A DNA stretch of 27,748 bases from a virus (Duplodnaviria > Caudoviricetes): positions 1-27,748 of the IMG/VR virus record IMGVR_UViG_3300012232_000042. The stretch is one strand, 5' to 3'. Below are positions 7,848 to 16,914 of the stretch, one piece after another. A model generated the notes under the pieces. That model ran no database searches. It was not told the DNA's origin and saw only the letters and a list, made by a program, of their open reading frames with translations. Each line of letters opens with the position of its first letter. Within the stretch, counting starts at the first letter, position 1. A program made the translations under genes and the position numbers.

Positions 7848-8535
7848 TTAAAATTCCTTCTATCTTATCTATGTAAAACTGACTCATATCTATCCCTGTG
7901 CAATTTCTCTCTAGTCTTTTAGACACTATAGCCGTTGTGCCAGACCCTAAAAAGGGGTCTAGTATGGAATCGCCCGGCTTACTATGCCCTAGTATTATAC
8001 GCTCCAAAAGGGCTTCTGGATGTTGGGTCGGGTGAAATTTTCTTCTTTCTTTGAAGGTTCCACAAATCCTACTGAAATCCCACACATTATCGGGCAATCG
8101 TCCACCAGTAGCCGCCCTCTTGTCACCGTACTTTTCTTGTCTTGCTGATGGCACTTTAATATTTTCAGGATAGATTGTATCTTTGTTAAGCCAATATATC
8201 GGTCTAACAGATGGAGTATATCTTGTTTTATTTGCCTGTCCGAACGTATATCTCCAATACAGCCTTTGTATTAAAGGAACTCTTGTGACCGCTAAAATAC
8301 ACTCTACTGTATGAGTCCATTTCATAGCAAAACTTAAGAATACTGGACCATTACATATTTCTGAAGCATGTTTGATCCATTGAAACAATCTTAGTTTATA
8401 CATTTTTTCTTCAAGATCGTCATTATAGTTTTCGTATTTTCTTTTTTCGTTATCTGGCGGGTCCATAAAAACTAGATCAAATTTCTGATCTTTAAAATCT
8501 ATTTCTTCAAATTTACCACACAGCAAGTTGATCAA
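7840..8535 (-). CDS. DNA N6-adenine/N4-cytosine methyltransferase, beta class
   Basis: motif IV variant DPPD near the N-term, DNVW, HPTQHPEALLERII, motif I ILDPFLGSGTT near the C-term. Confidence 0.9.
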   Translation of the reverse strand: MINLLCGKFEEIDFKDQKFDLVFMDPPDNEKRKYENYNDDLEEKMYKLRLFQWIKHASEICNGPVFLSFAMKWTHTVECILAVTRVPLIQRLYWRYTFGQANKTRYTPSVRPIYWLNKDTIYPENIKVPSARQEKYGDKRAATGGRLPDNVWDFSRICGTFKERRKFHPTQHPEALLERIILGHSKPGDSILDPFLGSGTTAIVSKRLERNCTGIDMSQFYIDKIEGILNG

Positions 8536-8837
8536 ATTATGATTCTCCGCTTAAAATCTTTCTGATGATTGTCGCCATTTGGGTCCATTATCCTCTTTTC
8601 TAATTGGTTTATCGGCTTACTTATTGAGCCTAATTCTCTTTTAATGCTCTTTTTAATAGCTTCTATATCGCCACGCTTTATTAAATCGTCAAAATATACT
8701 TTAGCATTTAAAGCCTTGCTTCTAGTCTTATAGTCTCCAAGAACAGATGTTTCGCCAGTTTCCGAATCCGTCGTAATTATAGAATACGGCTGGAAATAAG
8801 GAAGTGTGTTTTTAACTATTTCTACCGACTCAAACAT
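8532..8837 (-). CDS. hypothetical protein
   Basis: 101-aa ORF; first gene of the leftward operon. Confidence 0.65.
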   Translation of the reverse strand: MFESVEIVKNTLPYFQPYSIITTDSETGETSVLGDYKTRSKALNAKVYFDDLIKRGDIEAIKKSIKRELGSISKPINQLEKRIMDPNGDNHQKDFKRRIII

Positions 8838-8842
8838 GCAAT

Positions 8843-8848
8843 ATTATA
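8843..8848 (-). promoter_or_regulatory. possible -10 box (TATAAT) of the leftward operon
   Basis: perfect TATAAT on the - strand 5 nt before ATG 8837 in the divergent intergenic region; no clear -35. Confidence 0.35.
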
Positions 8849-8921
8849 TCCCTCAATAAGATTTTTTTTCTTTTATGGTGCAAAAATAAAGTATCTAGAT
8901 ATCATAAGTTATAGGTCTTTA

Positions 8922-8930
8922 GTGTATAAA
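8922..8930 (+). promoter_or_regulatory. GTGTATAAA motif (putative phage late promoter)
   Basis: head of the rightward block, 8 nt before ATG 8939. Confidence 0.65.
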
Positions 8931-8938
8931 GGTTTGTT

Positions 8939-9118
8939 ATGGCAATTAAATTTAATCTGAAAATAAAAGAAACCGCAAGACTTTGCGCCAAGAAGGTCAA
9001 AGATTTTGTCCATAAAGACCCCGTTGATGAAGATTTTCTAGATAAACTGATTGAAGAGGAAAAGAATGGGGCAAGTATCAAAAGAGTTGATGGACTTAGC
9101 GACACCGATAATAGATAA
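8939..9118 (+). CDS. hypothetical protein (59 aa, not in ORF track)
   Basis: MAIKFNLKIKETARLCAKKVKDFVHKDPVDEDFLDKLIEEEKNGASIKRVDGLSDTDNR*; directly follows the motif. Confidence 0.6.
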   Translation: MAIKFNLKIKETARLCAKKVKDFVHKDPVDEDFLDKLIEEEKNGASIKRVDGLSDTDNR

Positions 9119-9608
9119 AATAGCTAAACAAAGAAAAGACAAACATACCTTTGCCTACTTTGAATCAAAAGACATATCTCAAGAAGTTTGGAAATTATGT
9201 ATGGAAGCTTTAGAATCTTATGATTCTTCCAAGGGTGAATTAGAACATTTCTTGAATAGACATGTCACTCATAGACTTAAGAACTTGAAAAGAGATAAAT
9301 ACTTCAGGCCAGAAAAAGACCCAAATCTATCCCACAGAACGGCCAATAGGATCAATATTATAAATGCTATACCTATGGGGTATTCAGATGTTTCTAATAT
9401 ATGCAAACCTATATCAGAAAATTCAATGAACTATGATCCATTAGATTATTGTATCAAGAAAGAGTTAGAAGCATATATTATAAGTAATTTGTCTGTACAT
9501 ATGGTAGAACATTTTCAATCGTTAATGCGCGGAGAGAAACTAAGTAAAAGAATCTTGTCCGCTTTAAGAGAAGAAGTTTTTGATATAATAAAGAAATACA
9601 ATGAGTAA
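9066..9608 (+). CDS. RNA polymerase sigma-70 family (region 2)-like factor
   Basis: DISQEVWKLCMEALESYDSSKGELEHFLNRHVTHRLKNLKRD matches the sigma region 2 pattern (D..QE...L..AL..YD..KG.F..Y....I.N.L.N..R); GAGGA RBS before ATG 9066. Confidence 0.75.
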   Translation: MGQVSKELMDLATPIIDKIAKQRKDKHTFAYFESKDISQEVWKLCMEALESYDSSKGELEHFLNRHVTHRLKNLKRDKYFRPEKDPNLSHRTANRINIINAIPMGYSDVSNICKPISENSMNYDPLDYCIKKELEAYIISNLSVHMVEHFQSLMRGEKLSKRILSALREEVFDIIKKYNE

Positions 9609-10500
9609 ACAATTACCAAAAAATCCAGAAGCCATGAAGATATTAGAAGAGATGCATCTTCAAAATTATCCTGCTGAAAAAATAAGGGATAGACTAGAGC
9701 AAGAGTTTGGCTATAAATGGAATACAGAAACTATCAGAAGATGTATTAGAAAAATTGCTCCGACCAATACAACCAAAGTCCCTATTTCAAATAACACCGA
9801 TCCAACATTATCCACACCACCACCGGGTCTAAATGAAATGGAGAAGTCTAGTTGGTTTAGAGACCAATTTAAGAAAAGTCATTTATTCAAAACTCTAAAA
9901 ACTCAATTTACACCGGATGAGATTTCTGGCTATCTAGAAGAGTACGGTAGCCTATGTTGTCAATTTGAAGATATAGTATTTAGCGAGTTTTTCCAGATAG
10001 ACGATTTTCTTAAACATAGAATACTAATTAATAGACAATTGGATTTTATGAAATCTCTGCAAGAGGAATTGACAGCGTTGACACAATGGCTTGCCGAACA
10101 CCCCGTTACAGAGAATGAATCAAAAGATGATAAAACAGCTAGAGTGGAAAGATTCAAAAAGATTTCAGAAACACGATTCGATCTTAACAAGTCTAGCGAA
10201 AGATATGACAAGTTAGTAGCCGAAAGACAAAAAATATATGGCAATCTTGCGGCAACAAGAAGAGATAGGATAGAGGAACTTAAGGGTGGAAAAGAAAGTT
10301 TCTTTAGCCTTGTTGCTGCATTACAAGCTTCTGAAACAGAAAGAAATGAACAAGGTAAGTATGCCGTGCTAACCAAAATAGCATCAGAAGATGTTAAGAA
10401 AGCTTTTAGAAAAAGCGTTCAATTATCCGATGGAACTATGGAGCCTCTTCTTATGGATGGGGAAACATTCGGAGATGAGGGGGAAAATCCAGATGCCTAG
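9601..10500 (+). CDS. hypothetical protein, candidate terminase small subunit (N-terminal HTH + coiled coil)
   Basis: 299-aa ORF two genes upstream of TerL; AEKIRDRLEQEFGYKWNTETIRRCIR is HTH-like; function inferred from position only. Confidence 0.5.
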   Translation: MSKQLPKNPEAMKILEEMHLQNYPAEKIRDRLEQEFGYKWNTETIRRCIRKIAPTNTTKVPISNNTDPTLSTPPPGLNEMEKSSWFRDQFKKSHLFKTLKTQFTPDEISGYLEEYGSLCCQFEDIVFSEFFQIDDFLKHRILINRQLDFMKSLQEELTALTQWLAEHPVTENESKDDKTARVERFKKISETRFDLNKSSERYDKLVAERQKIYGNLAATRRDRIEELKGGKESFFSLVAALQASETERNEQGKYAVLTKIASEDVKKAFRKSVQLSDGTMEPLLMDGETFGDEGENPDA

Positions 10501-10996
10501 AATGATTCTGCCGAGTTATACTGTAGTGCGAGACACAAGAGAGAAGGAAGGGTTTGGTTGGATTTACGAGAAGCAACAAGATACCAAGAAGCCTCCCCGT
10601 TGCAATGGTACTATAGTTCAAAAATTAGATACTGGCGATTATAGCGTTGTCGGGTATGAAGATTTAATATGTATAGAAAGAAAAGATGACTACGCTGAAT
10701 TGTGGGTCAATTATAGTCAGAGAGCTACGTTCGAGCAAGAAATGGAGAGAATGACAAAAATCAAATACCGATATGTTCTTATAGAGTCTACATTAACAAA
10801 AGATCATATGGATTTGTCTCCTTCCCAATTCACTAGATCGGTTCCGGGCAAAGCGCTGATAAGCTGGCTAGCCGGAATATCGGCCAAATACAACGTACAC
10901 ATTATTCCTGTTGGGTCATGCGGCAAAGCCTACGCCCAATTACTTTTCCAAAATATACTGAAGATGGAAAAAGATAGATGGACAGTAACACAATAG
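10493..10996 (+). CDS. ERCC4/XPF-family nuclease
   Basis: VVRDTREK, KLDTGDYS, ICIERK, F.QEMERM, YVLIES; start ATG 10493 after a GAGGGGG RBS. Confidence 0.9.
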   Translation: MPRMILPSYTVVRDTREKEGFGWIYEKQQDTKKPPRCNGTIVQKLDTGDYSVVGYEDLICIERKDDYAELWVNYSQRATFEQEMERMTKIKYRYVLIESTLTKDHMDLSPSQFTRSVPGKALISWLAGISAKYNVHIIPVGSCGKAYAQLLFQNILKMEKDRWTVTQ

Positions 10997-13074
10997 ATAT
11001 ACAGAATTACTTAAGTAAAGACGAGCAAGATTATTCGTATTTATTTCCATATAGGAAATCTATACCAAAAGTAAATAAACATATATTTACCGACTTAAGA
11101 TCGTCTAAAAGAAGAATAGACGAATACATAGTCGATAAGATGTTGAATATAGATAATTTAGGCTGGACAGCAAAGTGTGTTCTAGGTATAGATTTGTTTC
11201 CTATGCAAATTGCTACGCTACAAACTCTCTGGAACACCCCGTTCCCATTACTAGTTGCTAGTCGTGGTGGTTCGAAGTCATATATGTTGGCCGTGTATGC
11301 TGTTCTTAAGGCGCTGTTGGACCCCGGTGCGAAAATAGTTATAGTTGGTGCTGGCTTAAGACAAGCTAGAATTGTTTTCAATTATATAGATGGTCTGTGG
11401 AATAAATCCGCCGTACTAAGAAGTATTGTTGGTGGTGGTAAAAACGCCGGGCCAAGACAGAATGTTGACTTGTGTTACTTCAAGATTGGACCCTCTATTA
11501 TACAGGCATTGCCTATGGGTGATGGTTCTAAGATTAGAGGGTTTAGAGCAACGTGTATTATAGCTGACGAGTTTGCTTCTATTCCTCAAGACATTTTCGA
11601 CATTGTTGTGAGAGGGTTCGCCGCTACCAGTAAAAGTCCTATCGAAGATGCCAAGAGAATTGCAAAAGAAAAGAAGATGTTGGAACTTGGTATATCTCAA
11701 ACAGAAATTAGTAAGATAGAGCAAAAGAATAAGGGCAACCAAATCATCTACTCTGGAACAGCCTATTACCAATTCAATCATTTTGCCGAAAAATTCGAAA
11801 TGTGGAAAGCGATTATATCGTCCAATAATGACATGGAGAAAATAGCGGAAATCTTTGGTGGTGCGAATAACGTTCCACAAGATTTTGATTCTAGAGATTA
11901 CGCTATAATAAGATTGCCAAGCGATTATTTACCAGATGGATTACTAGATAAGAGACAGCTAGCTAACGCAAAAGCTACTCTGCCAAAAAACATCTTCGAC
12001 ATGGAATTCAATACCATATTCATAAAAGATTCTGATGGGTATTTTCCAAGGTCTCTGATAGAATCCTGCACCGTCAAACCGCATTCGTTCATAATGACTT
12101 CCGATGGTGAAGTTTGTTTTAACCCAATGATGAGGGGGGTTACTGGTCGTGTTTATGTAATAGGTATAGACCCCGGTGCGGAAAGAGACAGGCTGGCTAT
12201 AACTGTTTTAGAAAAATGGAGAAATCATTACAGGGTTGTTTATTGCTGGTCAACTAACAAAGAAGAATTCAGTGCTTGTAAAAAGCAAGGCTCTACCGAC
12301 GAGCATGACTATTATTCTTTCTGTTGTTCAAAGATAAGAAGCTTAGTTAGCTTGTTTAATCCAGTAAGAATAGAGATGGATAGTCAAGGTGGTGGTTATG
12401 CTATATCTGAAATGTTGAGAAACAGAAAGACTCTTAATGCAGATAAGGGCGAATCTCCAATCTACGAAGTTGTTGATCCTAACGACATAAAAGAGTTTGA
12501 TGGTGAATCGGATGGTCCACACATACTAAGTCTTGTCCAACAATCTAATGAATTCAATGCGTATGCCAATAGCGTTCTTCACAAGAGTTTAGAAACTCAA
12601 AGACTATTATTCCCCGCTTTCGACACAGTTGTTATGCAAGCTGCTTTGATAGCAGAAAAATCTTTAGAGATAAGAACGGATACATTTGAAGAGTGCGTTT
12701 ATAATATAGAAGAATTGAAAAACGAATTATGTACCATCCAAAGGATGGAAACTACAACCGGAAAAGAAAGATTCGACACACCAACCAGCGTTACTTCGGC
12801 GATAACCGAAGGTAGGTACACCAAGGGTAAATTGAGGAAAGATAGGTACACAAGCCTGTTATTGGCTCACAAATACATTTATGGTTTAGATACCACACCG
12901 GATAGCGGGATAAATTATAACGACGTTGCCGGTAATTTCAGGAAAGTAAGGGGTGTCAGTAAAAATGATGCCTTATATACCGGGCCGGGGGTAGCTGGTT
13001 TCAAGAATCATGAATCTTGGTCCAAAGGATTCGGCAAAACAAAAAATTCACTTAAAAATGGTAAAAGAGATTAA
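10978..13074 (+). CDS. terL: terminase large subunit
   Basis: LFPMQ adenine motif, Walker A ASRGGSKS, IRGFRA, Walker B IIADEF, coupling YSGT, nuclease IGIDPG, MDSQGGG, KDRYTSL. Confidence 0.93.
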   Translation: MDSNTIDIQNYLSKDEQDYSYLFPYRKSIPKVNKHIFTDLRSSKRRIDEYIVDKMLNIDNLGWTAKCVLGIDLFPMQIATLQTLWNTPFPLLVASRGGSKSYMLAVYAVLKALLDPGAKIVIVGAGLRQARIVFNYIDGLWNKSAVLRSIVGGGKNAGPRQNVDLCYFKIGPSIIQALPMGDGSKIRGFRATCIIADEFASIPQDIFDIVVRGFAATSKSPIEDAKRIAKEKKMLELGISQTEISKIEQKNKGNQIIYSGTAYYQFNHFAEKFEMWKAIISSNNDMEKIAEIFGGANNVPQDFDSRDYAIIRLPSDYLPDGLLDKRQLANAKATLPKNIFDMEFNTIFIKDSDGYFPRSLIESCTVKPHSFIMTSDGEVCFNPMMRGVTGRVYVIGIDPGAERDRLAITVLEKWRNHYRVVYCWSTNKEEFSACKKQGSTDEHDYYSFCCSKIRSLVSLFNPVRIEMDSQGGGYAISEMLRNRKTLNADKGESPIYEVVDPNDIKEFDGESDGPHILSLVQQSNEFNAYANSVLHKSLETQRLLFPAFDTVVMQAALIAEKSLEIRTDTFEECVYNIEELKNELCTIQRMETTTGKERFDTPTSVTSAITEGRYTKGKLRKDRYTSLLLAHKYIYGLDTTPDSGINYNDVAGNFRKVRGVSKNDALYTGPGVAGFKNHESWSKGFGKTKNSLKNGKRD

Positions 13075-13077
13075 CTT

Positions 13078-13085
13078 GTGTATAA
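13078..13085 (+). promoter_or_regulatory. GTGTATAA motif (putative phage late promoter) upstream of portal
   Basis: in the 44-nt terL-portal intergenic gap. Confidence 0.65.
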
Positions 13086-13086
13086 T

Positions 13087-13106
13087 CAATTGGATTGCAA
13101 TTGGAT
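13087..13106 (+). repeat. direct repeat CAATTGGAT x2 (11-nt period)
   Basis: 13087-13095 and 13098-13106, immediately after the promoter-like motif. Confidence 0.6.
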
Positions 13107-13118
13107 AGAGATTGAATT

Positions 13119-15179
13119 ATGAATAAAAATGATCCCTTGTATATAAAATCAACTAAAGCCAACTTAGAAAAGCATGGCCTGCCAGACCAGAATTTTATAC
13201 CTTCTAGGGGCGGTCATTCCTCTTCTGCTAATGTCAGATTAGCGGCTGGAAAAAACAGGTTTGATACAGATTTTCACAGACCAGAAGATAGAATCCCAAC
13301 TAAACACCATGATATAGTTCAGCTATGCCAAGGGATTTATAGAAAAAACGGATTTGTAAGAAACGTTATAGACCTTATGGCGGATTTCGCGTCAGAGGGC
13401 TTAGACTTAAGACACCCGGTAAAAAGCCAAGAAAGACTTTATAATGAGTGGGCCAAGAGGGTAAACCTTCAGGGTCGCGCACATGATTTTATTAAATTAA
13501 TGCTTCGTGATGCGAATGTTATAGTCAGACGGAAAATGGCTACAGTATCTAAGCCTGTCGTTAAAGACATGAGTAAGGCTTATTACGATTTTCTAGCAGA
13601 AAACGTTGACGAAAACAAAAATCCAGAGAAACCAGAAAAGATAACCAAAGAAACCACCAAGATTGTGAAGAACGAAATTCCTTGGGGTTATACTTTCATA
13701 TCGCCAGTCATTGTGGAAAAAATAGGCGGTTCTGTTGGGAAATTCTTTGGAAGTTCTGAATTGGGTATGAGAATTCTGCCAGAGCTAGAAGAATCTATAA
13801 GAAATCCGAAGACTGACGCTGAAAAGAAATTAATCTCAAAGCTGCCAAAAGAAGTTATTGATGCTGTTAAATCTGGAAGTAAGATAGTTGCTCTAGACCC
13901 TTCCAGAATGTATATAGATTACTACAAAAAAGATGATTGGGAAGATTGGGGAACTCCATTCCTTTATGGTATTATAGAAGATATTCTTCTTAAAGACAAA
14001 ATGAAGCAAGCGGATGCCGCTGCTTTGGATGGTGTTATAAATACTGTTAGATTGTGGAAGCTAGGCAATTCCGACAAACAAATTCTCCCAACTCCCGCTG
14101 CTGTTAATAAATTACTAGGTATCCTTCAAAACAACGTCGGCGGTGGCATGTTCGATATTGTTTGGGACGATATGATTGATATGGAAGTTACATATCCACC
14201 CACAGACAAAATTCTTGGTTCAGAAAAATACAAGGCTGTAAATAGCGACATAACAAAGGGTCTTGGAATACCAGATTCTCTTGTTGGAGGTACAGACCTT
14301 GGAACACGAAATGCTCAAACTGGTTTCATCCAGCTTAAAACACTAGTTGAAAGACTCGAATATGTTAGAGCTAAATGCATAAAATGGCTAGAAAATGAAT
14401 TGACCATGATAGCTAAAGCATTGGGCTTCAAAAAGATTCCAAACATAACTTTCGAAAATATGTCACTAAGAGATGAAACTGCTGAAAAGCAACTTATGAT
14501 TCAATTACTAGATAGAAATCTAATCTCTGTAGAAAGCGTTTACAAAGTATTTGGTAATGACTTCGCTATAGAATTAGAAAACATGAGATTCGAAGAAGGT
14601 ATAAGAAATAAAGAAGCTGGCATCCTAGAAAAAGCTAACCCATACTATAGACCAAAATCTATAATGGAGTTCCAGAAAGATTCACAACTAGAACTAGAAG
14701 CTGCGAAGCAAGCCAACACAGAAAACATGTCTGGTGATTTACCACGCACCGAACAGAATTCACCGTCTGGCAGACCACCGGGACAGCGAGACACGGAAGT
14801 TAGGGATAATAGGACTCCGAAGACCTTATCCGTTCTAAAGGCTAATGCCGAAGAAATTATGGATGAGATAGATGCTGTTATAGACCCTATATTCTTGTCT
14901 AAAAACTCTGCAAAGAATATAAGATCATTGACTAAGAAACAAAAGGATGAGTTGCAGACTATAAAGCATCTTATTCTATCTAATTGTAAAAATGGCGATG
15001 TTATTGATATCAATTTCATTACTAGTAAGATTAATAATCCATCTTTTGGTATGATAAACAAGTTTAATACCATATTAGATTCTTTAATAAATGAATATAA
15101 ACTTGCAAATAATAAAGATTTGTCTATTGGTGTGTATAAATCATTAGCCTGTTCTGCATGGGCAATAAAGGAGATTTAA
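13119..15179 (+). CDS. portal protein
   Basis: 686 aa directly after TerL; IYRKNGFVRNVIDLMADF N-terminal helix, WGTPFL, GLGIP, ITFENMSLRD, low-complexity GRPPG tail typical of portals. Confidence 0.8.
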   Translation: MNKNDPLYIKSTKANLEKHGLPDQNFIPSRGGHSSSANVRLAAGKNRFDTDFHRPEDRIPTKHHDIVQLCQGIYRKNGFVRNVIDLMADFASEGLDLRHPVKSQERLYNEWAKRVNLQGRAHDFIKLMLRDANVIVRRKMATVSKPVVKDMSKAYYDFLAENVDENKNPEKPEKITKETTKIVKNEIPWGYTFISPVIVEKIGGSVGKFFGSSELGMRILPELEESIRNPKTDAEKKLISKLPKEVIDAVKSGSKIVALDPSRMYIDYYKKDDWEDWGTPFLYGIIEDILLKDKMKQADAAALDGVINTVRLWKLGNSDKQILPTPAAVNKLLGILQNNVGGGMFDIVWDDMIDMEVTYPPTDKILGSEKYKAVNSDITKGLGIPDSLVGGTDLGTRNAQTGFIQLKTLVERLEYVRAKCIKWLENELTMIAKALGFKKIPNITFENMSLRDETAEKQLMIQLLDRNLISVESVYKVFGNDFAIELENMRFEEGIRNKEAGILEKANPYYRPKSIMEFQKDSQLELEAAKQANTENMSGDLPRTEQNSPSGRPPGQRDTEVRDNRTPKTLSVLKANAEEIMDEIDAVIDPIFLSKNSAKNIRSLTKKQKDELQTIKHLILSNCKNGDVIDINFITSKINNPSFGMINKFNTILDSLINEYKLANNKDLSIGVYKSLACSAWAIKEI
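15132..15140 (+). promoter_or_regulatory. GTGTATAAA motif (putative phage late promoter)
   Basis: inside the portal 3' end, 40 nt before ATG 15181, which has an AAGGAG RBS. Confidence 0.55.
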
Positions 15180-15180
15180 A

Positions 15181-15501
15181 ATGTCTATGGCGATTATTGC
15201 ACTTAATACCGAAACTAGAGAATGCGTCCTAACTATGGACGGAATTCCGGTATCAGTTGATTCTGTTTATTTCAATAAATATACTGATTATAATGGTGAT
15301 AAATATATTAGCTTTGGTTATTCTATAACACAAAAGAATAATCAGGGTATGGAAGAAGTGGTTCAATATATCCTACCAAGGCCAGATCAAGAAGATATGC
15401 ACGAATATTCTATGGAAAAAAATGGACTTGCATCCAGAGTCATAGATAGATTTAAGGCAATGTCTCAAGATATAGCCAAATTTCTTAATATCACCAAATA
15501 A
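15181..15501 (+). CDS. hypothetical protein (head module)
   Basis: 106-aa ORF; AAGGAG RBS. Confidence 0.75.
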   Translation: MSMAIIALNTETRECVLTMDGIPVSVDSVYFNKYTDYNGDKYISFGYSITQKNNQGMEEVVQYILPRPDQEDMHEYSMEKNGLASRVIDRFKAMSQDIAKFLNITK

Positions 15502-15537
15502 TTAATCACTGAAAGGTATTTAATTTCAGTTTAATTG

Positions 15538-15546
15538 GTGTATAAA
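15538..15546 (+). promoter_or_regulatory. GTGTATAAA motif (putative phage late promoter)
   Basis: intergenic, 6 nt before ATG 15553, with no SD in between. Confidence 0.65.
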
Positions 15547-15552
15547 TTTTCC

Positions 15553-16914
15553 ATGAAGATATTTCCTGTCGAAAAAAATGATGGTATTTCAGAACTAATT
15601 GAAAAAAGTTGCGCTCATGTAGAGTGCAAATTCAACATTTCTAAAGATATTAGCTTTGAAACTCTTCTAAAAGAATTAACCTTAGCTTCAGATATGCAAT
15701 CCGTCAAGGATTTAATAGGTCAAGATCAGCCAGATTTGGCTTTTATTGTATCTATACTAGTTAGTGCTGGATGGAATCTTAATGACGATGTGTTTACGCC
15801 AGCCGAACTTTGGAAGGCTAGATACACCCCAAAACATAAGCCAATTAATAATGAGCATGATGATGCTGAAATATTGGGTCATATAATCGAAAGTAAGGCT
15901 GTAGATAAGACTGGCAAAGAAATCGTATTAACAGAAACGGACGTTGTTCCGGAACAATTCGATATAGAAGTTGCCGGTGTTTTGTACAAGTCATTACCAA
16001 AGATAAAAGAAAAGGTAAGTGCATTAATAGAAAAAGCCAATAATGGCGAACTTTTCGTATCTATGGAATGTTGGTTCGACGATCTAGCTTATGCCGTTCA
16101 GGATAAGAGTACGGGAACCATAGCTATAGTAGAAAGAAAAGAAGAAACCGCTTTTCTTACCAAGTATCTAAGAGTTTATGGTGGAACAGGAGAATATAAG
16201 GGTTATAAGGTTGGTAGGGTTCTTAAGAACATTGTTTTCGGTGGACAAGGATTGGTTAAAAATCCAGCCAATCCCGAATCGGTAATAAAGGTCGCTGCAA
16301 ACTTATCAGAAGGGGGTATGAATATGGATAAAGAAGTTGCTAAACAGCTAGAAGATGCTTTAGCATCGGTCGCTGAAAGAGATAAGAAAATCGAGTCTCT
16401 TACAAAAGACCTAGAGGGTGCTAAATCAGCAAGTAACATTTACGAAACAAAGGTTAAGGAAGTGGATCAAAAAATTCAGGAATTGCTTTCACAGCTTGGT
16501 AAAGCCACAGAAACCATCAAGGCTTCTGAAATTGAAAAGGCTGAACTAACTAAGAAAGTTGAAGAAGTAACTGCTGAATACAATAAAGTAAAAGCAGAAG
16601 TAGATGCTATCAACAAAGCTAACAAGGCAAAAGAAAGAATTGAAAAGCTTTCCAAAGTCAAGACTCTTACTGAAGCCGAAGTTAAAGAAGTTGGTGATAT
16701 GTCTGACGAAACATTTAACACCGTACTAAAATACGCCAGTGTTAATCCCGTCAAGCAAGAAACTGAAGCTTCAACAGCATCTCTAGATGTAGTTGTAAGA
16801 GATGAACCAGAATTCCAAGGTGGGGATGACAATATTGAAGATAAGTCGGCACAGCTTGCTTTAGCAACTGCCAAGTGCTTGCTTAAGGTTAATAAAGAAG
16901 GGGGTGAAAAGTAA
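15553..16914 (+). CDS. prohead maturation protease fused to coiled-coil scaffold
   Basis: WNLNDDVF, KPINNEHD, ILGHI, VSMECWF, FGGQGLVKNPANP followed by a long E/K-rich coiled coil; lies between portal and capsid genes. Confidence 0.75.
   Translation: MKIFPVEKNDGISELIEKSCAHVECKFNISKDISFETLLKELTLASDMQSVKDLIGQDQPDLAFIVSILVSAGWNLNDDVFTPAELWKARYTPKHKPINNEHDDAEILGHIIESKAVDKTGKEIVLTETDVVPEQFDIEVAGVLYKSLPKIKEKVSALIEKANNGELFVSMECWFDDLAYAVQDKSTGTIAIVERKEETAFLTKYLRVYGGTGEYKGYKVGRVLKNIVFGGQGLVKNPANPESVIKVAANLSEGGMNMDKEVAKQLEDALASVAERDKKIESLTKDLEGAKSASNIYETKVKEVDQKIQELLSQLGKATETIKASEIEKAELTKKVEEVTAEYNKVKAEVDAINKANKAKERIEKLSKVKTLTEAEVKEVGDMSDETFNTVLKYASVNPVKQETEASTASLDVVVRDEPEFQGGDDNIEDKSAQLALATAKCLLKVNKEGGEK

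Noticed and set aside
10978-13074. Intein or intron in the long (698 aa) terminase
   Set aside because: No C/S...HN-C/S/T splice junction or LAGLIDADG motif seen; ATPase and nuclease motifs are in normal order
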